From NCBI GenBank assembly GCA_038742305.1, contig JAVYKI010000001.1:1-53876 (forward strand): a stretch of 53,876 nucleotides of DNA, written 5' to 3'. Below, piece after piece: positions 35,553-44,758 of the stretch (within the stretch, counting starts at the first letter, position 1; the number at the start of each line of letters is the position of its first letter). Made by a program: the position numbers and the translations under genes. The notes under the pieces are model-generated. The model was not told the DNA's origin. It was given only the letters and a program-made list of their open reading frames with translations, and did not search any database. Source of the stretch: Candidatus Aenigmatarchaeota archaeon. GTDB taxonomy: Archaea > Aenigmatarchaeota > Aenigmatarchaeia > CG10238-14 > SpSt-28.

Positions 35553-35834
35553 TTATGGCAAAAAAGAAGAAAAAAGATGAAATAGAAGAATTTGCTGAAA
35601 AGCTTTTAAGAAAATACATTAGAATAATGAAAAGGAATGAAAGAAAGCTTAAGTATATAGGCTAATTATAAATTTGTTTTCTTCATAAAAGTTTTTACCA
35701 AAATTTAAGTGCACCTTAATTTTGGTCTAACCTTTTTTAAAGTGAATTGAAATTTATTAGTTATAGGAAGTCTAACCTTTTTTTAAGTTTTTACAAATAA
35801 CTCTATTGAAAAAGTTTAAAATTAAAAATTAATT

Positions 35835-36251
35835 GTGAAAAGGGATTTAAAATTTTTTGTAAAAATTGAAAAACTAAAAAAAGCTAGAAGAAAGAAGAAA
35901 ATAGAAGAAAGCGAGTTAAGAAAAATATTGGAAGAAATAATTAAAGAGCATAAAGTTATTAAAAGTCAAGGCCTTTTAATTAAAGAAATTAAAAAAAGAA
36001 CTGATAAAGCCTTGCCCAATATTAAAAAAATTAGAAGAATTTTGATAAAGCTTGGAGCAAAAGTTTTTTATGTTACTAGAAAAGATGATTTTCAAGAAAA
36101 TTGTCCTGTTTGTGGAAATCCTTTTTCTGAAAAATATTCTTTAAATTTAAAGGGAGAAAAAATAATTGAATATTATTATTGCAAGCTTTGTGGATTTAAA
36201 ACTAAAGATAGAAAAGATTTACCAATTAAATTTAAATTCGTTTTTTATTAA
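35835..36251 (+). CDS. basic protein with C-terminal zinc ribbon, unknown function
   Basis: CPVCGNPF...CKLCGF. 138 aa, K/R-rich N-terminal half. GTG/TTG-type start. Confidence 0.4.
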   Translation: MKRDLKFFVKIEKLKKARRKKKIEESELRKILEEIIKEHKVIKSQGLLIKEIKKRTDKALPNIKKIRRILIKLGAKVFYVTRKDDFQENCPVCGNPFSEKYSLNLKGEKIIEYYYCKLCGFKTKDRKDLPIKFKFVFY

Positions 36252-36621
36252 ATTCTTTAAAAGAAAAAGAAATTAAAAATAGTGAAAAAATATAAATTAA
36301 AGTTGGGTTAATAAAAATTGATAAATCATCTGCTGCCAATAATATTGATAAAGCTAAAGAAAGAATAAAATAAGATTTTCCAAAAGATAATAATAAAAGT
36401 GAAAGAAATAAAGTAAAAATTAATCCTCCAAAAAGTATTAAAATAGAAAAGTTTTCATTGCATTTAACTATTGTGTAAGTATTTATTTTTTCTTCAAAAA
36501 TTATTGAAGTTGCTTTACATTTGTTTAAAGTTGCAAAAAATGCATGTCCTAATTCATGAAAAGTTGAAAAGCTAAGCAAAAGAATTAAAGTTAATACTGA
36601 AAACTGAAGTAAAGATTTCAT
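36232..36621 (-). CDS. small membrane protein with HExxH motif
   Basis: FHELGHAFFA lies after the first TM, followed by about 3 further TM segments. 129 aa. A metalloprotease-like motif only. Confidence 0.4.
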   Translation of the reverse strand: MKSLLQFSVLTLILLLSFSTFHELGHAFFATLNKCKATSIIFEEKINTYTIVKCNENFSILILFGGLIFTLFLSLLLLSFGKSYFILSLALSILLAADDLSIFINPTLIYIFSLFLISFSFKEFNKKRI

Positions 36622-36680
36622 AAGATGAGTTTTATGTTTTGAAAGAAATAGAAATAAATGATAAATATTTATAGTAATTT

Positions 36681-37496
36681 ATGAACCCGCACAGAATCTT
36701 AAATTTGTTTTCCTCTGTCTTGGAAGAAATAAAATTGCTTAAATACGAAACTTCTATCTTTGATGTATTTAAGTTTATTTTAATGCATTTTAATAGAAAA
36801 AGAAAGTTTAAGATAAAAAGTGATTTATTGAATTTTTATGAGATAATTAATTTTATAATAGATGAAATAAGCCCAAAATTGTTATTAAAAGGTAAAATAG
36901 CAACAGTTTGTTTAGATTACACTAAAATGATTTCTACTAATGAATTAAAAAATAAAGTAATTGTAGATGTGGGTTCATGGAAAGGAGATTCTATTTTATT
37001 ATTTCACAACTTTGGAGCCAAAAAAATTATAGCATATGAGCCGATAATCGAGAATGTTAAATCCGCTAAGAGAATAATAGATAAGTTTAAAATTAATTGT
37101 GAAATTTATCCTTATGCTGTTTGTAGTAAAGATGGAAATCTAACTTTCTTTGTAGAAGAGGAAAAAATAGGTGGTGGAGATTTATCTCTTTTAGAAAACA
37201 AAAGAGAAAATTTAAAAAAGATTAAAGTTAAGTGTATTAGTTTTGAAAAAGTTATCAGAAAAGCTGTAAAAGAAAATTGCTATTTAATGAAAGTTGATTG
37301 TGAAGGTTGTGAAAAATTCTTATTAGATATTGATGATAAATTAATTAAAAAAATTCCAAGATGGATTATAGAATCTCATTCTTTTGAAATTTCGAAAAAA
37401 CTATGTAAAAATTTTATAAAGAATGGTTTTTATTTAAAAAAGATTTACTATTATAATCCTCCAGAACTTCTTATTTTTTCGTTTTCAAGAAAATAG
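36681..37496 (+). CDS. FkbM-family methyltransferase
   Basis: VDVGSWKGDS SAM-binding loop, AYEP, and the MKVDCEGCE block typical of FkbM-type methyltransferases. Confidence 0.65.
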   Translation: MNPHRILNLFSSVLEEIKLLKYETSIFDVFKFILMHFNRKRKFKIKSDLLNFYEIINFIIDEISPKLLLKGKIATVCLDYTKMISTNELKNKVIVDVGSWKGDSILLFHNFGAKKIIAYEPIIENVKSAKRIIDKFKINCEIYPYAVCSKDGNLTFFVEEEKIGGGDLSLLENKRENLKKIKVKCISFEKVIRKAVKENCYLMKVDCEGCEKFLLDIDDKLIKKIPRWIIESHSFEISKKLCKNFIKNGFYLKKIYYYNPPELLIFSFSRK

Positions 37497-38762
37497 TTCA
37501 TTTAGTTCTGCTTCAGCAACTTTTTTCCAGCTAGAATGTAATTCTAAAAAATTATTAATACTCATATGTTCTTCTAAATATTTTCCATCATCTTGGTTTA
37601 ATATATTTAATAATTCGCTCACCATTTGTTCAATATTACCTTCTCTTACTATTTTAACTGGCTTTAAATTCCTATAAACCGAAATTATTGCTGGTATATT
37701 ATAAGCAACTACCGAAGTTCCTAAAGCTAATGTTTCTAAAACTACTAAAGAAAATGAATCTTGATGAGAAGGGTAAATTAACGCTTTTGCCTTTGAAACA
37801 TATTTGTATAGTGTTTTTTCGTCAAAACCTTTTAATTCTATAATATCATCAACCTTATTCTTTTCTACCAATTTGTAAAAGTTTTTTTCTATTTCTTTAT
37901 TTGGGAAATTTCCAAATATAAGAATTTTTTCTTTAAATCCTACTTCTTTTAATTTTCTTGCTACTATTGGAATTTCGTAAATTCCTTTTTCCGGAACCAA
38001 TCTAGCAAAAAATACTAAATAATTTTCTTTTTTAAATTTTCTATATTTTAATAGCTTTTTATCAAAAGCATTTGCAGGAGTTAATACTTTAGTATTTTGG
38101 AATTTAAAACCAGAAAGTATCTTTGGTGCAAGAGAAACTAAAATTATTTTATTTATTCTATTTTCTTTAATCATTTTACTAAGAATTTCTTTTGATTTCC
38201 TACCTAAAAAATAAGAAATTAAAGTATTGACTTTTCTAAATTTAAATAATCTATAAAAGTGAGATATTCTAAAGAATGGCTCTGCCTGAAAGAGAAAAGA
38301 ACATTTAAGATTTAGCTTTTTTGAAAATAAATAAGTTGTATATATAAATTCAAAAGTTTCATGAGGAGTATATATAAATTCAAATTTTTCCTCCTCAATT
38401 TTATGTTTTTCTAGATAAACTTTTTCAAAATAATCTAAGTTAATTAAGTAAGTAAATAAGTCAAATTTATTTTGCAAGAATTTGTTAAAGAAAAATTCTA
38501 CTAACCTTTCATTTTCTAAATATTCAAATGTTTGAGGAAAAAATTCAACACCTTTCTTTTCTAGATATTTAAGATTTTTTAAAGTGATAGGTAAAATTTT
38601 TGAATTTTTTCTTGATAGTAAATAAACTTCTAAAATAGCTCTAAAAGGAACAAAAACTTTTACGTCTATCTTCTTAATAAATTCTTTTAGAACATAAAAA
38701 GCTCTCTTAGAACCCCCACCTAGAACACTTCCAAAAGGATAAGAAATTATTAATAAACTCAT
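37485..38762 (-). CDS. glycosyltransferase, GT-B (GT4-like)
   Basis: The C-terminal region SHQDSFSLVVLETLALGTSVVAYN resembles the E-x7-E region of GT4 enzymes. Confidence 0.65.
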   Translation of the reverse strand: MSLLIISYPFGSVLGGGSKRAFYVLKEFIKKIDVKVFVPFRAILEVYLLSRKNSKILPITLKNLKYLEKKGVEFFPQTFEYLENERLVEFFFNKFLQNKFDLFTYLINLDYFEKVYLEKHKIEEEKFEFIYTPHETFEFIYTTYLFSKKLNLKCSFLFQAEPFFRISHFYRLFKFRKVNTLISYFLGRKSKEILSKMIKENRINKIILVSLAPKILSGFKFQNTKVLTPANAFDKKLLKYRKFKKENYLVFFARLVPEKGIYEIPIVARKLKEVGFKEKILIFGNFPNKEIEKNFYKLVEKNKVDDIIELKGFDEKTLYKYVSKAKALIYPSHQDSFSLVVLETLALGTSVVAYNIPAIISVYRNLKPVKIVREGNIEQMVSELLNILNQDDGKYLEEHMSINNFLELHSSWKKVAEAELNELFS

Positions 38763-38771
38763 ATAAGAAAA

Positions 38772-39803
38772 TTAAATTTGTTCTAAATATATATCCAAAT
38801 ATTTTTTAGCACTTTTATCCCAATCAAATTTTTTAGAATATTTCATCCCTTCTCTTCTTATTTTTTCATATTCTTCCTTATTTTCAATCAAATGCATTAT
38901 CTTTTTAGCCATATCATTAACATCTTTACATTTTATGGCTTTTTCGATTACTTCTTTAGGGATTCTTGCCCATTCAAAAACTAAAGTAGGAATTCCGCAA
39001 GCTTGAGCTTCTAAAATTGGAATTCCAAAGCCTTCTGAAATACTTGGAAATAAATAGAAATCGAAAGAATTATATAAATCGACAATTTTTTCTTCTGGAA
39101 CATATCCAACAATTTCAACATCTTTTAATCCTTTCGTTAATTCATAAACATTAAACTGCCTTTGATATAGAGTTTGAAGCTCTCCCCCAGCAATTATTAA
39201 CTTTACATCATACTTTTTCTTAACAATTTTAAAAACTTCTATTGCTTTATCTAATCCTTTTCTATAGCTAAAATTTGCAAAAAATCCCAAAGTTATTTTT
39301 TCTTTTTTTACTTTTTTAGGCTTGAACTTTTTATCTACTCCAGGAGGAATTATATAATCAACTTTCCTTTTAAAAACCTTTTCAACTTCTTGAGCAGTTT
39401 GAGAAGATTGAGCAACAACAATATTTGATTTAGTAGCATTTTTCCACATGAAAGTAGTGTAAAGTTTAATAAACTCTTGAAACCTAAATTTAAGCTTTAC
39501 AGCATCTTTTAAAGGAATTAAGTCATGGAAAGTTACAATAGTTTTTTTACTTCTAAGCTTAGAAATATAGCCCAAAAAAGCACCGCTTTCTGGAACTGTA
39601 GAATGAATAACTTTAGCCTTACTTAATAATTGCTTTAAAGGAACTTTGCTTAAATTTGCTAAATAATCTTTTTTTGGTTCATAAACTTGATAAACCTCAA
39701 CATCAATTTTATTCTTTATTCTTTTATAAAGCTCTAAAGAATATCTCGCTAATCCTTTAAACTTTTCAACATTAAAGCTTGGAACTACTAGAAGTAAGTC
39801 CAT
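38772..39803 (-). CDS. glycosyltransferase family 4 (group 1)
   Basis: FPSISEGFGIPILEAQACGIPTLV is the classic GT4 motif. Confidence 0.85.
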   Translation of the reverse strand: MDLLLVVPSFNVEKFKGLARYSLELYKRIKNKIDVEVYQVYEPKKDYLANLSKVPLKQLLSKAKVIHSTVPESGAFLGYISKLRSKKTIVTFHDLIPLKDAVKLKFRFQEFIKLYTTFMWKNATKSNIVVAQSSQTAQEVEKVFKRKVDYIIPPGVDKKFKPKKVKKEKITLGFFANFSYRKGLDKAIEVFKIVKKKYDVKLIIAGGELQTLYQRQFNVYELTKGLKDVEIVGYVPEEKIVDLYNSFDFYLFPSISEGFGIPILEAQACGIPTLVFEWARIPKEVIEKAIKCKDVNDMAKKIMHLIENKEEYEKIRREGMKYSKKFDWDKSAKKYLDIYLEQI

Positions 39804-40737
39804 ATTTCAGTTTATATTCCAAAAGTTTTAAAAAGTTTTCTAAACCGTTGTTTCCAAATTTTAACTTTTTAGCATTTTTCAACAGCTTATACTTAGAATC
39901 TAGATCCAAGAATTTATACACTCCGTACTTATACATTAGCTTTGAAGCTAATATATATTTAGCTGGATTCGATAAATAATACCTTAAAATAGCAAAAGGA
40001 TAGAGGCTATAAACAGGACTTCTACTGAATGATATTAAAGTGAAGAAAAGAAACAAATTATAAAAAACTACTGAAATTGAAAGCGGAAAAAGTTTCAATA
40101 CTTTTCTAACTTTTTTAAGCATAGAATCATAAAGTTTTGATAAAGTATTTTTTGGCTCTTCCAGCTTTTCTTTTTCTATTTTCTCAAACATCAAAATTTT
40201 TAAAGGATTTTGAATTGCATCAATTAAGACATGTTTTAAATACACTCTTTTAAATTCTTCTAAGCTTCTCTTTCTTTCAGAAATTATTTTATAGCTATCA
40301 TCTAAGTTTTTAACCTTACCTTTAGCCATCATAACCCAATGAATTATTCCAGTAGGATATGCACTCTCTTTTTTAAAGAACCTTATAAGATAATTCCCTC
40401 TGTTTATTCTATAAGCATCATATATTCCCTTAGTCAGCTTTTTCAAACTTTTCAAAAGCTTTTTATTTGGAGTATCGTCAGAATCCAATAAAAGAATCCA
40501 TTTTCCTTTACATTCTTTTATTCCAATGTAATAGAAAAAATCAGCCATTCCTAATGGAGGAAGCCAAACAACTCTAACCTTTTTATTTTCCAATCTTTTC
40601 ATTAGTTTTTTCTGGAGTTTATCAGTAGAAGAATCAATTATTACTATTTCATCGAAATAGGGATAAAGCAAATTTATTTTTTGCCTAATTAGCTCATACT
40701 CATTTATTGAAAAAATTAGGCAAGAAATTTTTACCAT
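39772..40737 (-). CDS. glycosyltransferase family 2 with C-terminal membrane segments
   Basis: VIIDSSTD and LLLDSDD (DxD) in the N-terminal domain. Hydrophobic C-terminal part. Confidence 0.7.
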   Translation of the reverse strand: MVKISCLIFSINEYELIRQKINLLYPYFDEIVIIDSSTDKLQKKLMKRLENKKVRVVWLPPLGMADFFYYIGIKECKGKWILLLDSDDTPNKKLLKSLKKLTKGIYDAYRINRGNYLIRFFKKESAYPTGIIHWVMMAKGKVKNLDDSYKIISERKRSLEEFKRVYLKHVLIDAIQNPLKILMFEKIEKEKLEEPKNTLSKLYDSMLKKVRKVLKLFPLSISVVFYNLFLFFTLISFSRSPVYSLYPFAILRYYLSNPAKYILASKLMYKYGVYKFLDLDSKYKLLKNAKKLKFGNNGLENFLKLLEYKLKYGLTSSSSKL

Positions 40738-40741
40738 AAAA

Positions 40742-40963
40742 TTACCCCTTAATAACTTCTAAATAACTTATACCTTTTTTATCTAAATCTTTTTGACAAA
40801 GTTTACAAATTACTTTTAAATGTGCTTTACCTTTCAATTTTACAAAAGTTCCCAACAATTTATTTTCAACTATTTCAACTTTACCATCTTCAATTTTAAA
40901 TTTTCCAACTTCCTTTCCGCAAACAGCACATTTATTTTCAACTTTTTTATACTTTCTAACCAT
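40742..40963 (-). CDS. small zinc-ribbon-like protein
   Basis: CAVCGKEV...CKLCQKD. 73 aa. Confidence 0.4.
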   Translation of the reverse strand: MVRKYKKVENKCAVCGKEVGKFKIEDGKVEIVENKLLGTFVKLKGKAHLKVICKLCQKDLDKKGISYLEVIKG

Positions 40964-40969
40964 AAAATT

Positions 40970-41769
40970 ATGATAGAATATTTAGTTGAAGCTCATAACT
41001 ATCTAACAAAAATTAAATCTTCAGCCGACTTTAAATTTTTATTACTAAAAGGGCTTGTAAAATATGGAATAAATTTTCTAAAAGGTAAAAGCATTGGAAA
41101 AAGTGTTGGATTATACATTGACTCTAAAAAACCTTTTATAATAAAAACTTGGGATAATTTTTATTTTTTCATTAGACCTAAAACTAGCGACATAACTTTA
41201 TCCTTATTAATTGGAGAAAAATATGAACTAGAAAATTGGTTTTATCCGAATATTAAAGGAATTTTGTAGATGTAGGAGCTAATGTTGGAGGTTATTCTAT
41301 TAGAGCATCAAAATTTTGCAAAAAAGTAATTGCTATAGAACCATTAAAATATTGCACAGAAATTTTAAAAATAAATTCTAGGCTTAATAATTGTAATAAC
41401 ATAAAAATAATTGAAAAAGCTGTAGGAAATAAAAACGGCTTCCAAAAAATAAAAATTGAAGAAAAAGATTATGGAAGGGCATCATTTTTATCAGAAAATT
41501 ATACAGAAAAAATAAAAGTTAAAGTTGAAAAATTGGATAAAATAATTAAAGATGAAAAAATTGAAAAAATCAATTTTTTGAAAATAGATATTGAAGGTTA
41601 TGAAAAAGTTGCAATTGAAGGGATGAAGAAAAGCTTAAAAATAACAGATTATTTAATGATAGAAATTAAAGAGAAAAGTGTTCTTAAAAAATTGAAAAAT
41701 TTTAAATTAATAGATAAAAGAGGGGAAAATTATTTTTTCAAAAATTTAAGAATGAACAATTTCTCTTAA
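40970..41769 (+). pseudogene. FkbM-family methyltransferase disrupted by a 1-nt frameshift near 41257-41269
   Basis: Frame 1 (ATG 40970) ends ...YPNIKGIL* at 41267-41269. The frame starting at 41257 continues (F)VDVGANVGGYSIRAS...AIEP...FLKIDIEGYE to 41769. Together they form one FkbM-like protein paralogous to 36681..37496. The shift lies in the T-run 41262-41265. Confidence 0.7.
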
Positions 41770-42465
41770 AGCTTTTAATAATTCTATTGCTTCTTCATCT
41801 TCCCTTTCCCAAACATTTCTACCAACTGCAATTCCAGAAGCTCCAGCATCTATTGCTTCTTTAACAGCTTTTAAAAATTCATCTTCTTCAACTTTTGGAC
41901 CTCCAGCAATTACTATAGGCTTAAAGCATTTCTTAACAATTTTTTCAAAACTTTCTTTAGAGCCAGTATAATAAGTTTTTATTATATCTGCATCTAGTTC
42001 ACAACCTAATCTTGCTGAATAGCTTATTGCTTCGTAGCTATATTTATCAAATTTTTTTGTTCGAGGATAAAAAAATCCAGTAACTAATAATTTTCTTTTT
42101 CTTGCTTCCATTCTTAATTTTGCAAAATTTTCAAGCATCAAATATTCATATTTGTGCCCAACGTAAACTGTTGCAGCAATTCCTACAATATTTTTACTTT
42201 TTAATTCATCAACAAAAGTTATCACTGATTGAATTTGATTTTCTTCTTCAGCCAATTCAGTTTTTCCTGTAACTTTAATTATTGTTTTTATTTTAGGCTT
42301 TGAATAATTAAAACTTCCCAAAGGAATTATTAAAGCATCCGCTTTCCCTTTTTCAGCAATTCTAGCTATTCTTTTAGGATTTAAATCTATTTCATACTTA
42401 TATGCTCCATGCTCTATACAATGGTCAAAAACTAAAAACAAATATTTTCCATCTTTAGTCAGCAT
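41746..42465 (-). CDS. class I aldolase of the DeoC/FbaB (DhnA) family
   Basis: LVFDHCIEHG, IIKVTGKT and VIAGGPKV...AGASGIAVGRNV follow the TIM-barrel pattern of archaeal class I aldolases. Substrate not assignable. Confidence 0.6.
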   Translation of the reverse strand: MLTKDGKYLFLVFDHCIEHGAYKYEIDLNPKRIARIAEKGKADALIIPLGSFNYSKPKIKTIIKVTGKTELAEEENQIQSVITFVDELKSKNIVGIAATVYVGHKYEYLMLENFAKLRMEARKRKLLVTGFFYPRTKKFDKYSYEAISYSARLGCELDADIIKTYYTGSKESFEKIVKKCFKPIVIAGGPKVEEDEFLKAVKEAIDAGASGIAVGRNVWEREDEEAIELLKALREIVHS

Positions 42466-42475
42466 AATTAAATAA

Positions 42476-43750
42476 TTAAATCTTTAATAACCATTTCCAT
42501 AAAGGTATGAATTTAATTGTTTTATTGTTAATTTTTATTTCATCTTCATAATCCCAAGTAATTATTAATAAATCTTTGCATTTTAATAATTCACTTGCTT
42601 TTAATAATGACCTTATTTCTCTTTTATCTATTTCATCTTTATTCGAAGCATAAGTAACTTGAATAAGTTGCTTTATGCTTAATCCTTCTTTAATAACAAA
42701 GTCTACTTCTCTTTGCTGATAGTCTTTGAAATAATAAATTTCCATTAAAGGTTTTTCATTAGTTTTTCTTAGTAATTCTAAAAATACAATGTTTTCCATC
42801 CTTTTACCAATATCTTTAGAAAATTTGAGAACATTAGTCAAACCAACATCAGATATATAAACTTTTCTTCCTAATGCTCTTTCATATACTTTACTTTCAA
42901 ATTTCTTTATAAAAAATACGTTGAGACTTTCTGGAAGTTTTTCAAGGTAATCATATACTATATTTTTTACATCTTTTTTCAACTGAGAAGAAACGAAGTT
43001 AGCAATTTTATTAAAACTGATTTCTTTTGAAAAATTTTGGAAAACAAATTCAAAAACTAACTTAGCAACATACACATTAACTTTTTTTAATCTTTCAATA
43101 AAATCTTTTTGTAATATTGTATCAAAATACTCTTTTAAAATTTTTTCTTTTTTGTTCCATTCAATTAAAATTTCTGGATATGCACCCCATTCTACAAACT
43201 TTTTAAGCAGCCTAAATATCTTTATTTTTTCAGAAATAGAAAAATGTTTCGTTATTTTAAATCCATTAAAATAAATATACTCTCTAAAACTTAATGGTAA
43301 TAATAAATAACTTAGACCCCTTCCTCTTAATTGAGTAGCAATTTCTTTACTTGAAAGTTTAGATGTTGAACCAGAAATTAAAACATAGTATCCGCTATCT
43401 AACAAGCTTCTTACTACTCTTTCCCACTCTGCTATATTTTGAACCTCATCTAAAATAACTTTTCTTATTTTTTTTCTAAAATATTCACTAAATAAAGCTA
43501 TTATTTCAAAAAGGTCTTTATGTTCAATTTTTTGAAATGCTGAATGCTCTAAATCCATGTAAATACAATCATTGTTCTTTCTAAACATATTTAACAAATA
43601 GTAAGTTTTACCGGCTCTTCTAGGTCCAATTAATGATACTACTTTATTTTTAACGAATGAAATATTAAGTTCTCTTTCAAATATTTTTTCCTTTTCAATT
43701 CTTTCTTTCAATACATTAAAATACTCCAATACAAATTCTTTATCAAACAT
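42476..43750 (-). CDS. AAA ATPase with DUF4143-type C-terminal domain
   Basis: Walker A GPRRAGKTY, Walker B VILDEVQ, and a C-terminal region typical of the archaeal ATPase (AAA_14 + DUF4143) family. Confidence 0.75.
   Translation of the reverse strand: MFDKEFVLEYFNVLKERIEKEKIFERELNISFVKNKVVSLIGPRRAGKTYYLLNMFRKNNDCIYMDLEHSAFQKIEHKDLFEIIALFSEYFRKKIRKVILDEVQNIAEWERVVRSLLDSGYYVLISGSTSKLSSKEIATQLRGRGLSYLLLPLSFREYIYFNGFKITKHFSISEKIKIFRLLKKFVEWGAYPEILIEWNKKEKILKEYFDTILQKDFIERLKKVNVYVAKLVFEFVFQNFSKEISFNKIANFVSSQLKKDVKNIVYDYLEKLPESLNVFFIKKFESKVYERALGRKVYISDVGLTNVLKFSKDIGKRMENIVFLELLRKTNEKPLMEIYYFKDYQQREVDFVIKEGLSIKQLIQVTYASNKDEIDKREIRSLLKASELLKCKDLLIITWDYEDEIKINNKTIKFIPLWKWLLKI
42482..42521. repeat. 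about 40-bp repeat, copy A (3' end of the ATPase gene)
   Basis: CTTTAATAACCATTTCCATAAAGGTATGAATTTAATTGTT. Encodes ..TIKFIPLWKWLLKI* on the minus strand. Confidence 0.85.
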
Positions 43751-43800
43751 AATAATAAATTTAGGAAAAATTATTTAAAAAGTTTCCTAATTTTATGACA

Positions 43801-43841
43801 CTTTTAATAACCATTTCTATAAAAGGATGAATTTAATTGTT
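43801..43841. repeat. about 40-bp repeat, copy B (intergenic, just upstream of the ATPase gene)
   Basis: CTTTTAATAACCATTTCTATAAAAGGATGAATTTAATTGTT. Near-identical to copy A, but the reading frame is broken. Confidence 0.85.
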
Positions 43842-43927
43842 ATATAGCTAGAAATATATTAAATTAATTATTTTATAAATGTTCTTATAGTTGGGACATT
43901 TTCTGGAAAAATGTCTTTTTCATTTTA

Positions 43928-43965
43928 CCGATAGCCATTTCCATAAAAGTATGAATTTAATTATT
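43928..43965. repeat. about 38-bp repeat, copy C (intergenic)
   Basis: CCGATAGCCATTTCCATAAAAGTATGAATTTAATTATT. A more diverged copy. Confidence 0.75.
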
Positions 43966-44013
43966 ATCTAGAAAAATTTTGAATTATAACTATATAAAAA
44001 CCGTCTTATAAAC

Positions 44014-44493
44014 TTATTTGAAGTTTTTTAAACTTTTCAAATAATAAACTGAAAAAATTGTTTTCAAATCATTAGTAATTTCCAAAACTTTATCTATTTC
44101 AAAAGTTTTCACTTCCTTTATTTCTTTTCTGTTAAAATCTTCAATCTTTTTAAGCTTTGTTGCTAAGAAAAAATAAAAAATTTCATTAGATACTCCAGGA
44201 CTAACTAAAAACTTTCCTATAAATTTAAGTTTTCCTTTATATCCTGTTTCTTCTAGAAGTTCTCTTTTTGCTGCAGTTATCGGCTTTTCTTTCTTTTCAA
44301 TTTTTCCTGCAGGAACTTCCCAAACATATCTTCTAAAAGGTATTCTATATTGCTTTACTAGCAAAATTTTGTTTTCAATTACTGGAATTATAACTGCTAC
44401 AGAAGGATATTCAACTAAATCATAAATTTTTTTATTTATTTTTAAAATTTTAAAAACTACATTTTTACCTTTTAACTCCTTTAAAATTTTCAT
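44014..44493 (-). CDS. NUDIX hydrolase
   Basis: The Nudix box GKIEKKEKPITAAKRELLEETGY fits G-x5-E-x7-REUxEExGU. Confidence 0.85.
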   Translation of the reverse strand: MKILKELKGKNVVFKILKINKKIYDLVEYPSVAVIIPVIENKILLVKQYRIPFRRYVWEVPAGKIEKKEKPITAAKRELLEETGYKGKLKFIGKFLVSPGVSNEIFYFFLATKLKKIEDFNRKEIKEVKTFEIDKVLEITNDLKTIFSVYYLKSLKNFK

Positions 44494-44732
44494 TAAACAA
44501 AACCTTTTGCTTTTAATAAAGCTTCTAATCTGTCTAGTTTTGAATTTATCATTTCCAAATATATTTTCAAATTTTCTATTTTAGACTCTAAAATTTCAAT
44601 CCTTTTATCTATCGGTATTTGAATTTGCTCAGAAGGAATTTTTTGCTCCTTTAAAGCAATAGGTTCACTTAAAAGTTCTTTTTGCTCTTTAAACTGAAGA
44701 TTTTCTTCCTTCTTTTTAAAAATTCCAAACAT
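44493..44732 (-). CDS. small coiled-coil protein
   Basis: 79 aa, E/K/L-rich. 1-nt overlap with the NUDIX gene. Confidence 0.4.
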   Translation of the reverse strand: MFGIFKKKEENLQFKEQKELLSEPIALKEQKIPSEQIQIPIDKRIEILESKIENLKIYLEMINSKLDRLEALLKAKGFV

Positions 44733-44758
44733 AATAATTATTGTCTTTTACTTTATAT

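Noticed and set aside
35555-35665. 36-aa ORF MAKKKKKDEIEEFAEKLLRKYIRIMKRNERKLKYIG right after cdc48
   Set aside because: It is very short and shows no similarity to small ribosomal proteins such as eL41/eL40 that I can see. It could be real, but sequence alone does not support it.
35724-35787. Two copies of GTCTAACCTTTTTT(T)AA, 45 bp apart, downstream of cdc48
   Set aside because: Oligo-T tracts after a gene are the expected archaeal terminator signal. Two copies are too few to claim an operator or repeat family.
39779-39979. Track ORF 39779..39979(+)
   Set aside because: Antisense to the GT2 gene.
40820-40969. N-terminal 50 codons of track ORF 40820..41269
   Set aside because: This part is a low-complexity F/N/S-rich translation antisense to the 73-aa zinc-ribbon gene. 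The internal ATG at 40970 starts right after that gene.
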